From Actinomycetota bacterium (GTDB lineage: Bacteria > Actinomycetota > Thermoleophilia > Gaiellales > F1-60-MAGs149): a stretch of DNA of 64,000 bases. The stretch spans positions 23,999 to 87,998 of the forward strand of contig VGBM01000008.1 in NCBI GenBank assembly GCA_016870485.1, written 5' to 3'. Shown piece by piece: positions 49,623 through 58,166 of this stretch (its first letter is position 1; each line of letters starts with the position of its first letter). The position numbers and the translations under genes are program-made. The notes under the pieces are model-generated. The model made no database searches and was not told where the DNA came from. It worked only from the letters and a program-made list of their open reading frames with translations.

Positions 49623-50668
49623 GCGCCGACCCGCCCGACATCGAGCTGACCCCGCGCCGGCGCGAGGTGCTGCGCGCCGTGATCGAGGAGCACATCTCGA
49701 CGGGCCAGCCCGTCGGCTCGCAGACCCTGGTGCGCCGGCACGGCTTCGAGACCAGCGCGTCCACGCTGCGCTACGAGCTCGCCTGGCTCGAGTCGGTCGG
49801 CCTGCTCGGCCATCCCCACACCTCGGCCGGGCGCGTGCCGACGGAGCTCGGCTACCGCTTCTACGCGGGCGTGCTGCTCGAGGAGCGCCCGGCGGTGCAG
49901 CCCCTGCCCGTGGAGCTCGGTGACGCGAGCCGCGAGGTCGACGAGGCGCTGCGGGCGACCACCGAGGCGCTCTCGCAGGTGACCAGCCTGCTGGCCATCG
50001 CCAGCGCGCCGTCCTTGCCCGTCGCCGACATCCGCCACGTCGAGGTGCTGGCCCTGCAGCCGCAGGTCGTGATGGTGGTCGTGATTGCGGGCTCGGGCGC
50101 GGTCGCCAAGCGCACGATCGTGTTCGACGCCCCGGTCGACCCGGGGCTCGTCGAGTGGGGCCGCGCGTACCTCAACGAGACGCTCGCCGTCGGGTCGATC
50201 ACGGAGCGCGCGGTGCGTTCCCGCCTCGAGGACCCCGGCCTCGACGTGCGGGAGCGCGCGTTCCTCGACCCGATCGCCCCGGTCTTCCACGACCTCTTCG
50301 AGGCCGGCCCCGACCGGCTCGTGGTCGGCGGGGCGTCGCGCCTGATGCGCGAGCTGAGCGCGCGCGAGCGCGACCAGGAGGGCCTCAGCGCCCTCGCCGG
50401 CGCGCTCGAGGAGCGCGCCGACATGCTCGACCGCCTGCGCGCCGCGCTGCGCGGCGACGCCGTGACGGTGCGGATCGGCGAGGAGCACGGCGAGCCGGCG
50501 CTCAGGCCCGTGGCGATGATCACGGCGGGCTACGGCCCGCCGCGGCGCGCGCTGGGCGCCGTCGGCGTGATCGGGCCGGTGCGGATGGACTACGCGCAGG
50601 CGATCGTCGCCGTGCGCGGCGCGGCGGCCGTGCTGAGCGCGTACGTCGAGGACGTCTACGAGGACTGA
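49619..50668 (+). CDS. hrcA: Heat-inducible transcription repressor HrcA
   Basis: LTPRRREVLRAVIEEHISTGQPVGSQTLV...STLRYELAWLESVGLLGHPHTSAGRVPT. ATGA overlap with hemW. Confidence 0.95.
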   Translation: MSADPPDIELTPRRREVLRAVIEEHISTGQPVGSQTLVRRHGFETSASTLRYELAWLESVGLLGHPHTSAGRVPTELGYRFYAGVLLEERPAVQPLPVELGDASREVDEALRATTEALSQVTSLLAIASAPSLPVADIRHVEVLALQPQVVMVVVIAGSGAVAKRTIVFDAPVDPGLVEWGRAYLNETLAVGSITERAVRSRLEDPGLDVRERAFLDPIAPVFHDLFEAGPDRLVVGGASRLMRELSARERDQEGLSALAGALEERADMLDRLRAALRGDAVTVRIGEEHGEPALRPVAMITAGYGPPRRALGAVGVIGPVRMDYAQAIVAVRGAAAVLSAYVEDVYED

Positions 50669-50678
50669 GCGGGCGCCG

Positions 50679-50876
50679 GTGAACTGGGCGCTCCTCGGCG
50701 CCGGGGCGGCCCTCGCCGCGTACCAGGCGTGGGCGATCAGCGTGCGCTGGGCGGAGGCGCGCGGGCTGCCCCCGGCAGAGCGCCGCGTGATGCTGTGGGT
50801 GCTCGCGTTCACGCGCGGCCTCGGGCTCCTGCTCGGCCTCGTCCTGATCGGCGGCGCGCTCCTGCGCATGGGCTGA
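50679..50876 (+). CDS. Small membrane protein, unknown function
   Basis: 65 aa with two hydrophobic helices and high GC3. It lies between hrcA and dnaJ. Confidence 0.5.
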   Translation: MNWALLGAGAALAAYQAWAISVRWAEARGLPPAERRVMLWVLAFTRGLGLLLGLVLIGGALLRMG

Positions 50877-50915
50877 CCCGGAGGGGCCGCCGCCCGAGGC
50901 GGGATACCATCCCCG

Positions 50916-52037
50916 GTGATGGCGGCCAAGCCCGACTACTACGACGTGCTCGGGGTGCCGCGCGACGCCTCCGACGACGACATCAAGCGCGCCTTCCGCG
51001 GCCTCGCGCGGCAGCTGCACCCCGACGTCAACCCGGGCGACCCCGCGGCCGCGGACCGCTTCCGGATCGTGGCGGAGGCCTACGAGGTGCTGTCCGTGCA
51101 GGAGACCCGCCTGCAGTACGACCGCTTCGGGCACGCCGGTGTCTCGGGGGCCGGGATGGGCGGCCAGGGCTTCGGCAACCTCGACGACATCCTCGGCATG
51201 TTCTTCGGCGACGGCCTCTTCGGCGGGCGGGCGCGCGGGCCGATGGCCGGCGCGGACGCGGCCACCGCGACCTCGCTGACCCTGCGCGAGGCCGCGCGCG
51301 GCGTCCAGCGCGACCTCGACGTCGAGGTCGTGATCCACTGCGACCGCTGCGCCGGCTCCGGTGCCGAGCCGCCGACGCGGCCGATCCCGTGCCCCACCTG
51401 CGGCGGCGCGGGGGAGGTGCGGCAGGTCTCGAACACGCCGCTCGGGCAGATCGTGCGGCAGCTGCCGTGCAGCGCCTGCCGCGGGCGCGGCGCCACCGTC
51501 GAGACCCCGTGCGCGGACTGCGGCGGGCAGGGCCGGCGCCCGGAGCGGCGCACGGTCAGCGTCGGCATCCCCGCGGGCGTCGACTCCGGTCAGCGCGTGC
51601 GCGTCGTCGGGCAGGGCCACGCCGGCGATCCGGGCGCGCCGCCCGGCGATCTCTACGTGGGCATCCAGATCGAGGACGACCCCGCGCTCGTGCGCGACGG
51701 CCTCGACCTGCACGTCCTCGTCGACCTCACGGCCACCCAGGCGATGCTCGGCGCGACCGTGCACGTGCCGACGCTCGACGGCATGGAGACGATCGTGCTG
51801 CAGTCCGGCACCCAGCCGGGCGAGCGGCGCACGCTCCGCGGGCAGGGCGTGCCGATGGTCGGCAACGAGGCGCGCCGCGGCGACCTCCACGTCACGTTCG
51901 CGGTGCACATCCCGCGCAAGCTCGAGCCCACGGCCCGCCAGCTCGTCGAGGAGCTCGACCGGCAGATCCCCGAGGACGCCTACAAGGCCGACACGGGCCT
52001 GTTCGGGCGGCTCCGGCGCGGGTTCGGCAGTGGCTGA
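50916..52037 (+). CDS. dnaJ: Molecular chaperone DnaJ
   Basis: J domain DYYDVLGVPRDASDDDIKRAFRGLARQLHPDVNP. Four CxxCxGxG repeats (CDRCAGSG, CPTCGGAG, CSACRGRG, CADCGGQG). The start is GTG 50916 or ATG 50919. Confidence 0.96.
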   Translation: MMAAKPDYYDVLGVPRDASDDDIKRAFRGLARQLHPDVNPGDPAAADRFRIVAEAYEVLSVQETRLQYDRFGHAGVSGAGMGGQGFGNLDDILGMFFGDGLFGGRARGPMAGADAATATSLTLREAARGVQRDLDVEVVIHCDRCAGSGAEPPTRPIPCPTCGGAGEVRQVSNTPLGQIVRQLPCSACRGRGATVETPCADCGGQGRRPERRTVSVGIPAGVDSGQRVRVVGQGHAGDPGAPPGDLYVGIQIEDDPALVRDGLDLHVLVDLTATQAMLGATVHVPTLDGMETIVLQSGTQPGERRTLRGQGVPMVGNEARRGDLHVTFAVHIPRKLEPTARQLVEELDRQIPEDAYKADTGLFGRLRRGFGSG

Positions 52038-52531
52038 GCCGGCGCTCCGCCGGCTTGAGGTCGCGATGGACGCGGCGCGCCGGGAGGAGGCGATCGCCGT
52101 GCTCGTCGAGCGCTTCCCGGACGGCTTCGAGGAGACCGCCGCGGGGTTCGCGGTTGTCGTGGACGCCGCCGCGCCCGACCCCGGGCCTCCTCTCGATCCT
52201 GGCCGCCGTCTGGGGGCACGGGCGCGTCACCGCGCGGGAGCTCGATCCGCACGCCGTGGCCGCGGCCCGGGCCAACGTCGAGCACAACGCGCTCGGGGAC
52301 CGGATCGCCGTCCAGCAGGCCGACGTCCTGACGGCGCCCCTGCCCGCCGGCGACCCGGCGCTCGCGAACATCGAGTGACGCGTGGTCGAGGCCCTGCTCG
52401 CCCGTGACGGGTTGCCCGCGCGGGTGATCGCGAGCGGCCTGCGCGCCAACGATCCGCTCGTCCTCGGCCCGAGGCGGGTCGAGGCGGAGCGGGTCGGGGA
52501 CGGCTGGCGGACGCCGCTTCTGACCCGCTAG
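52030..52531 (+). pseudogene. prmA: Remnant of ribosomal protein L11 methyltransferase gene
   Basis: N-domain-like LRRLEVAMDAARREEAIAVLVERFPDGFEETAAGFAVVV (frame of 52030). After a frame change near 52180-52190 comes LLSILAAVWGHGRVTARELDPHAVAAARANVEHNALGDRIAV...ALANIE. An in-frame TGA follows (52376-52378), then VVEALLARDGLPARVIASGL...GDGWRTPLLTR. The central AFGTGxHxTT...DxGxGSG part is absent. Confidence 0.6.
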
Positions 52532-52534
52532 GGG

Positions 52535-54274
52535 TCAGCGCATCGTCTCGATGAAGCTGTCGATCGCGATCGGCGGCGTCGGCGGGCTCGTCGTGGCGTC
52601 GCCGAACCAGGCCTTGAAGGCGGCCTGCTGCGCGGGCCGCAGGCTCTCCGGCAGGGGCGCCTGGATCTCGGTGGCCATCGCTACGCCCAGGAGCGCCTTG
52701 AGGGCCTTGACGCCCGTCGCGCGGTCGGGGTCCGCGTAGACGTTGTCGAGCTCCCGGCGGCCCCGCGGCGTGCGGTAGTCGTACGCCTCCCAGTCGATCT
52801 CCTGCGCGTGGTCGATCTGGTACCCGCCGTCCTTCCAGTACGCGTAGCGGGCGATCTTGCCGAGGCGGGTGCGCACCGCCGTGATGTGGTTGGCGCCCGG
52901 GTAGACCTGCGTGCCGTCGCCGCCGAGCTGCGCGGGCAGCGCGGCGATCTCGTCCGTGGCGTGCGCGACGAAGCGCCGGCCCGGCGCCTTCGGGTTCGTG
53001 AGCGCCTTCGCGATCGACGGGCGCTTGGCGATCTGCGCGTAGCGGCCGTCCTCGCGCCAGCTCTCGGAGCCCGTGGCCAGCGTCAGGAGCAGCGGGGCGA
53101 GGTCGACGCTCGAGAAGAGCTGCGGACGGTCGATCTTGGCCTGCGGGGTCCAGCCCCCGGTCGGGTCCTTGATGATCAGGGGCACGCGCGAGCCCTCCTC
53201 GTAGAAGGAGAAGCCCTTGCCGCGCATGCCGTGCGCGCCCGCGTACTCGCCGTGGTCCGACGTGAAGACGACGATCGTGTTGTCGGCGAACGGCGACTGC
53301 GAGAGCGCCTTCAGCGCCGAGAAGATCTCGAGGTCGACGTCGAACGTCATGCCCGCGTACGTGTCGAGCATCTTGCGCCACGGCTCGGGCACGCGACGGT
53401 CGTCGGGGAGGTCGCCGAACGAGTCGTTGTGGGCGTCGACGGACGAGCGCTGGAGCTGCGGCTTGCCCTGCGCCTCGCGCTCGGCGTTGGTCTCGTAGTT
53501 GGCGGCCATCTCGCGGAAGATCCGGCGCGGGTGCTGCTGGCCCTGGATGCGGCGCGTGTAGTACGGGTAGAACTGGATGTCGTGTGGGTTGATCAGGCTC
53601 AGCACGGTGCACCACGGGCCGCCGTCGGCCGGGCGGCTCCACAGCCACTCGCGGAACTGCTGGCGCGTGATCGGGTCCATGAACTGGCCCTGGCCGGCGC
53701 CGCCGTCGGGGGACGGGCAGGTGCCGTAGTAGGCGTCGGGGACGGTGAAGCCGTAGGCCTCGTAGGGGTTCGGCATGCAGCCGTTGACGGTGCCGGGCCC
53801 GGTCACGTCCGAGGGCGTGATGTGCCACTTGCCGACCCAGAAGGTCTCGTAGCCCTGCTGGCGCAGCATCGTCCCGAACGTCGGGAAGCCGGGGTTCAGC
53901 TCGGCCGAGCCCGTCGTGGCGAAGATGCCGATCTGGTGCGTGTAGAGGCCCGTCGCCTGGGCGGCGCGGGCCGGGGTGCAGTCGTTCGAGACCGTGTAGT
54001 AGTGGGTGAAGCGCACCCCGTCGTCGCCGAGCTTGGTGATCGACGGGCAGACCGCGCGCTGCATCGCCGGCCCCATGAACGCGTAGGGCGACCGCAGCTG
54101 GTCGACCATGATGAAGAGGATGTTCATCCCGCCCTTGGGGCCCGCCTGGCCCCGGGCGGCGGGCATCGTCCACTTCGGCAGGGCGGACAGCGCCCCGGCC
54201 GCCAGGCCGCCCGCGGCGGCGTACTGCAGCAGCGACCTGCGCGACAGGCCGCCCTCGTTCGTCGCTGTGCTCAT
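52535..54274 (-). CDS. Tat-exported Cys-type sulfatase
   Basis: Twin-arginine signal GGLSRRSLLQYAAAGGLAAGA. Sulfatase motifs ILFIMVDQLR and SNDCTPARAAQATGLY (C-x-P-x-R formylglycine site), SDHGE. Confidence 0.9.
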   Translation of the reverse strand: MSTATNEGGLSRRSLLQYAAAGGLAAGALSALPKWTMPAARGQAGPKGGMNILFIMVDQLRSPYAFMGPAMQRAVCPSITKLGDDGVRFTHYYTVSNDCTPARAAQATGLYTHQIGIFATTGSAELNPGFPTFGTMLRQQGYETFWVGKWHITPSDVTGPGTVNGCMPNPYEAYGFTVPDAYYGTCPSPDGGAGQGQFMDPITRQQFREWLWSRPADGGPWCTVLSLINPHDIQFYPYYTRRIQGQQHPRRIFREMAANYETNAEREAQGKPQLQRSSVDAHNDSFGDLPDDRRVPEPWRKMLDTYAGMTFDVDLEIFSALKALSQSPFADNTIVVFTSDHGEYAGAHGMRGKGFSFYEEGSRVPLIIKDPTGGWTPQAKIDRPQLFSSVDLAPLLLTLATGSESWREDGRYAQIAKRPSIAKALTNPKAPGRRFVAHATDEIAALPAQLGGDGTQVYPGANHITAVRTRLGKIARYAYWKDGGYQIDHAQEIDWEAYDYRTPRGRRELDNVYADPDRATGVKALKALLGVAMATEIQAPLPESLRPAQQAAFKAWFGDATTSPPTPPIAIDSFIETMR

Positions 54275-54402
54275 GTTCGGCCCCCCTCCGGTCTGCGGTT
54301 GCGCTGCCCGGGAGCGTACACCTCCGCGAATGCGGCTTCGGGATGACGGCGCACCTGTAGCCCGGGTTCGGTGCGGCCCGCGGGCGGGCTACGCTCCCGC
54401 GC

Positions 54403-55101
54403 GTGGCCCACGTCTTCCGCTTCTTCCTGACGCCCTCCGACGGCGTGGCGCCTGGGGCGACCGTCGCGCTCGATCCCGACGACGCCCACCGCGTGCGCAA
54501 GGTGCTGCGGCTCGGGGCGGGGGAGACGGTGGAGGCGGCGGACGGTGCGGGCCGGGTCTTCGCGGCCTCGGTCGGCGACCCCGGCCGCGGCACGCTCGTG
54601 ATCGGCGCGGAGCTGCCCGGCCAGCCGGACCTCGCGCCGATCCGGGTCCTGCTCGCGCAGAGCGGGCCGCGTGCCGACGACGCCGTCGAGAAGCTCGTCG
54701 AGCTGGGGGTGGCCGAGATCGGCCCGCTGCTCGCCGCGGGGCGCCGCCAGAAGGCCCGCCTCGACCGCTGGGAGCGGGTCGCCCGCGGCGCGGCCGCGCA
54801 GGCCAAGCTCGCCCGGGTGCCCGCGATCCTGCCGCCCGTGGCCCTCACCGACGCCCTCGCGTCCGCTGCGGTGGTCTGCTCGCATGAGGGCGCCGACGCG
54901 CAGCCGCACGCCGCCTTCGCCGCGGCCGGAAGCCCGCTCGTCCTTCTCGTCGGTCCGGAGGCCGGGTTCTCCCCGGACGAGCTGGACGCGGCCCGGGCGG
55001 CGGGTGTCCCGATCGTCTCGCTGGGACCGACGGTGCTGCGCACGGAGACCGCGGCGATCGTCGCGGCGACGCTCGCCCGCGCGCATCTCGCGCACGCCTG
55101 A
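54403..55101 (+). CDS. rsmE: 16S rRNA (uracil1498-N3)-methyltransferase
   Basis: HVFRFFL...DDAHRVRKVLRLGAGE...LLAQSGPRADDAVEKLVELGV...LLVGPEAGFSPDEL...LGPTVLRTETAA. Confidence 0.9.
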   Translation: MAHVFRFFLTPSDGVAPGATVALDPDDAHRVRKVLRLGAGETVEAADGAGRVFAASVGDPGRGTLVIGAELPGQPDLAPIRVLLAQSGPRADDAVEKLVELGVAEIGPLLAAGRRQKARLDRWERVARGAAAQAKLARVPAILPPVALTDALASAAVVCSHEGADAQPHAAFAAAGSPLVLLVGPEAGFSPDELDAARAAGVPIVSLGPTVLRTETAAIVAATLARAHLAHA

Positions 55102-55160
55102 CGCGGCTACCCTGCGCCGCCCGCCTCGACGGCGCGGGCCTCGAGGGGATCGATCCGCGC

Positions 55161-55265
55161 GTGCGCGTGGTGCGGGAGTCCGCCGAGGTGGTCGGGCGGG
55201 TGGTGGCGGCCCGCGGGACGGCTATCCTCCGGGACGGCAGGATCTACGGCGAGGTGACGGCATGA
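55161..55265 (+). CDS. Possible unannotated 34-codon ORF translationally coupled to yqeY
   Basis: The frame ending TGA 55263-55265 overlaps the yqeY ATG (ATGA). G/C dominates third positions across 55101-55262 in this frame only. The first canonical start is GTG 55161, with GAGGGG 12 nt upstream. No homology recognised. Confidence 0.3.
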   Translation: MRVVRESAEVVGRVVAARGTAILRDGRIYGEVTA

Positions 55266-55699
55266 TCGAGCGGGTCGAGGCGGATCTGAAGGCGGCGCGC
55301 CTCGCGCGTGACACGGAGCGCGTCGGCGCGCTCTCGCTGCTGCTCGCCGCGCTCAAGGACGTGGAGAAGGCGCAGGGGTCGCTCGACGAGTCCGCGGCCA
55401 TCCAGGTCTTGACGCGCGAGCGCAAGCGCCGCGCCGAGGCGGCGGAGAGCTTCCGGGAGGGCGGCCGCGAGGCTGACGCCGTCAAGGAGGAGGCGGAGGC
55501 CGCCTTGATCGACGGCTACCTGCCCGCGGCGCTCGGCTCCGACGAGCTGCAGGAACTCGTCCAGCAGGCGATCGCGGAGGTGGGGGCGACCGAGGCCAAG
55601 GACCTCGGCGCCGTGATGAAGGTGCTGACGCCGCGCACCCAGGGCCGCGCCGACGGCAAGGCGGTCTCGACGGCCGTCCGCGAGGCGCTCGGCGGGTGA
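55262..55699 (+). CDS. yqeY: GatB/YqeY domain protein
   Basis: ATG at 55262 in ORF 54671..55699. MIERVEADLKAARLARDTERVGALSLLLAALKDVEK...ELQELVQQAIAEVGATEAKDLGAVMKVL. Confidence 0.88.
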   Translation: MIERVEADLKAARLARDTERVGALSLLLAALKDVEKAQGSLDESAAIQVLTRERKRRAEAAESFREGGREADAVKEEAEAALIDGYLPAALGSDELQELVQQAIAEVGATEAKDLGAVMKVLTPRTQGRADGKAVSTAVREALGG

Positions 55700-56643
55700 C
55701 GCGGACCGCGTTCACCGTCTCCGACGCCTTCGCGCGCGAGCTGGCCTCGCGCGAGGACGAGGTGCTGCGGGCGGTGGCGCAGGCCGCGACGTGCCGGGTC
55801 TACCTGCGCGGCGACGAGGTGGTCCTCGACGGCGACGACGGCCAGGTCGGCCGCGCGCGGTCGGTGTTGGCCGAGCTCGGCGCCCTCGTCGACCGCGGGC
55901 TGCCGCTCGAGACGCAGACCGTCGAGGCCGTGACGGGCGTCCTGTCGGCCGCCGGCAAGGCGGACGACGTGCTCGGAGGCGTCGTCTGGCGCCACCGCAC
56001 GACCACGATCCGCCCCCGCACGCTCAACCAGAAGCGCTACGTGGACGCGATCCGCTCCTCGACGATGACGTTCGGCTGCGGCCCGGCCGGCACCGGCAAG
56101 ACCTACCTGGCGATGGCGCTCGCGGTCGCCGCCCTCGACGAGCGCCGGGTCTCCCGCATCATCCTGACGCGCCCCGCCGTCGAGGCGGGCGAGCGGCTCG
56201 GGTTCCTGCCGGGCGACCTGATGGCCAAGGTCGACCCCTACCTGCGGCCGCTCTTCGACGCCCTCTACGACATGATGGACGGCGAGCGCGTGACCGCGCT
56301 GCTGGAGCGCGGCGTGGTCGAGGTGGCGCCGCTCGCCTTCATGCGCGGCCGTACCCTCAACGACGCCTTCATCATCCTCGACGAGGCGCAGAACACGACG
56401 CGCGAGCAGATGCGGATGTTCCTGACGCGGCTCGGGATGGGCTCCAAGGTGGTGGTGACGGGCGATCCGACCCAAATCGACCTGCCGCGCGACTCGGCCT
56501 CCGGTCTGATCGAGGCCCGCGACGTCCTGCGCGGCGTCGAGGGCATCGAGGTCATCGACTTCGACCGCGACGACGTGGTCCGCCACAAGCTCGTCCAGCG
56601 GATCGTCGAGGCCTACCGCAGCGCGGACGACGCCGGGGCCTAG
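55696..56643 (+). CDS. phoH: PhoH family ATPase (PhoH/YbeZ)
   Basis: Walker A GPAGTGKTYLAMALAV, ILTRPAVEAGERLGFLPGD, ILDEAQNTT, and VVTGDPTQIDLP. Confidence 0.94.
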   Translation: MTRTAFTVSDAFARELASREDEVLRAVAQAATCRVYLRGDEVVLDGDDGQVGRARSVLAELGALVDRGLPLETQTVEAVTGVLSAAGKADDVLGGVVWRHRTTTIRPRTLNQKRYVDAIRSSTMTFGCGPAGTGKTYLAMALAVAALDERRVSRIILTRPAVEAGERLGFLPGDLMAKVDPYLRPLFDALYDMMDGERVTALLERGVVEVAPLAFMRGRTLNDAFIILDEAQNTTREQMRMFLTRLGMGSKVVVTGDPTQIDLPRDSASGLIEARDVLRGVEGIEVIDFDRDDVVRHKLVQRIVEAYRSADDAGA

Positions 56644-56645
56644 CG

Positions 56646-57089
56646 GTGGTCGACGTCGACGACCGCGCGGGCTCGGGCGCGGACCCGCTGGCGGTCTCCG
56701 ACGTGGTCGAGGCCGTGCTCGCCGCCGAGGGCGCCGGCGAGTGCGAGGTCGGCGTCGTGATCCTCGACGCGGGGGCGATGCGCGAGCTGAACCGCGAGCA
56801 CCGCGGGATCGACGAGCCGACCGACGTGCTGGCCTTCCCGATCGACGACGAGCCCGCGGAGCTGCCGGGCGTGCCGCGCCTCCTCGGCGACGTCGTGGTC
56901 TGCCGCGAGGTGCTCGAGGCCCAGGCGGGCGAGGCCGGCATCGCCGTGGGGGCGGAGCTGACCGACCTGCTCGTGCACGGCGTCCTGCATCTGCTCGGCC
57001 ACGACCACGAGACCGATCAGGGCGAAATGCTCGCCCGCCAGGACGCGCTGGTCGCCGGGCTCGCGCCGATCCCGTACCCCGCGGCCTGA
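56646..57089 (+). CDS. ybeY: rRNA maturation endoribonuclease YbeY
   Basis: GTG at 56646 in ORF 55791..57089. TDVLAFP...HGVLHLLGHDHE zinc motif. Confidence 0.93.
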   Translation: MVDVDDRAGSGADPLAVSDVVEAVLAAEGAGECEVGVVILDAGAMRELNREHRGIDEPTDVLAFPIDDEPAELPGVPRLLGDVVVCREVLEAQAGEAGIAVGAELTDLLVHGVLHLLGHDHETDQGEMLARQDALVAGLAPIPYPAA

Positions 57090-57196
57090 CCCCGACGCGC
57101 CGCCGTGCGCCCTCGGTGCGCCCCCGCGCCGGAGCGGCGCGCGTCCACGCGGGACCGGTCCGCCGCCGCGCCCCAGGTCGCGGGCAGACTCGGGCC

Positions 57197-58153
57197 ATGG
57201 ACTGGGAGCCGGGTGCACGCGGGACCATCATCGCCGGGCGCTATCGCGCGTCCGGCGAGCTGCGCCGCCGCGGGATGATCGAGGCAACGGACCTGGAGGC
57301 TCCGCCGCAGCGCGCCGCGTGCCGGCTGATCGGCGTGCCGGGCGACCCGCAGACCGTGGACGCGTGGCAGCGCGCCTGGGTCGACGCGGAGGCCGCCGCC
57401 CGGATCCCGTCCCTCCGTGCCATCGTCCGCGACGACGAGGGCGACGCGTGGGCCGTGCTCGACCCGCCCCGGGGCGTGCCCGGTCAGGCCCTGCCCGCCG
57501 ACGCCCGCGCCCAGGCCCGGGCGATGGGGATTGCGCTGGCCCGCACGGGCCTCGACGCCGGCGACGTGACGGCCTCGATGCTGGAGGTCGACCCCGACGG
57601 GGCGCTCGTGATCGACGGCGTCGCGTGGCTCGGCGGCGACCTGCCGCCGTGGTCCGCGGGCGAGCGCCTCGCGGCGCTCCTGCCGGAGGCGGAGGCCGCC
57701 CCGGCGCCGGAGCCCCCGCTGCGCCGGCGGGCCCGTGCGCGGCGTGCGCCCCGACCGGGCCGGCGTCTGCTCGTCGTCGCCCTCGCGCTCCTCTGCCTCG
57801 CCGGCGCGGGCCTCGCCCTCGCGCTGCCGACGCGCTCGCAGGAGCTCGCCCCGGCGCCGGCCGACGACGCCCTCGTCGCACCCGCGGAGCCGGACATCCT
57901 GCTCGACGCGATCGCCGTCCCGGCGCCCGCCGCCGCACCGGAGCCGCCGGTCGCCGCCGAGCCGACGCCGAAGCCCGCGGCCCCGCCGCCTCCGCAGACC
58001 GTCACGGTGGTCGTCACGGTGGAGGCGCCCGCGCCGGCGCCCGACCCGGCCGCGGCGACCGCGCCGCCGGCGCTGCCGGCTCCCGCGGCGGCCGTGCCCG
58101 AGCTCCCGCTGGCCGGCGCCGCCGCGCCCGAGCTGCCCGTCGCCGACGGCTGA
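57197..58153 (+). CDS. Single-pass membrane protein with degenerate kinase-like N-domain and Pro/Ala-rich exterior
   Basis: ATG at 57197 in ORF 56741..58153. IIAGRYRASGELRRRGMIEATDL...AACRLI resembles Ser/Thr kinase subdomains I-II, but the Gly loop, VAIK Lys, HRD and DFG are not conserved. Then an Arg-rich stretch, a TM helix LLVVALALLCLAGAGLALAL, and a PA-rich tail. Confidence 0.6.
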   Translation: MDWEPGARGTIIAGRYRASGELRRRGMIEATDLEAPPQRAACRLIGVPGDPQTVDAWQRAWVDAEAAARIPSLRAIVRDDEGDAWAVLDPPRGVPGQALPADARAQARAMGIALARTGLDAGDVTASMLEVDPDGALVIDGVAWLGGDLPPWSAGERLAALLPEAEAAPAPEPPLRRRARARRAPRPGRRLLVVALALLCLAGAGLALALPTRSQELAPAPADDALVAPAEPDILLDAIAVPAPAAAPEPPVAAEPTPKPAAPPPPQTVTVVVTVEAPAPAPDPAAATAPPALPAPAAAVPELPLAGAAAPELPVADG

Positions 58154-58166
58154 TAGCGTCCCGCGC

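Noticed and set aside
48480-50915. CIRCE operator (TTAGCACTC-N9-GAGTGCTAA) expected near hrcA/dnaJ
   Set aside because: I found no match by eye upstream of hemW-hrcA or dnaJ. The TTAGCA-containing palindrome at 12949-12966 has a different structure (no N9 spacer) and sits at the his locus. CIRCE sites are probably at groES/groEL or dnaK outside this window.
52376-52378. In-frame TGA in the prmA-like frame as selenocysteine or programmed read-through
   Set aside because: The surrounding gene also has a frameshift and lacks the entire SAM-binding core. No SECIS-like hairpin follows the codon. Decay is the simpler explanation.
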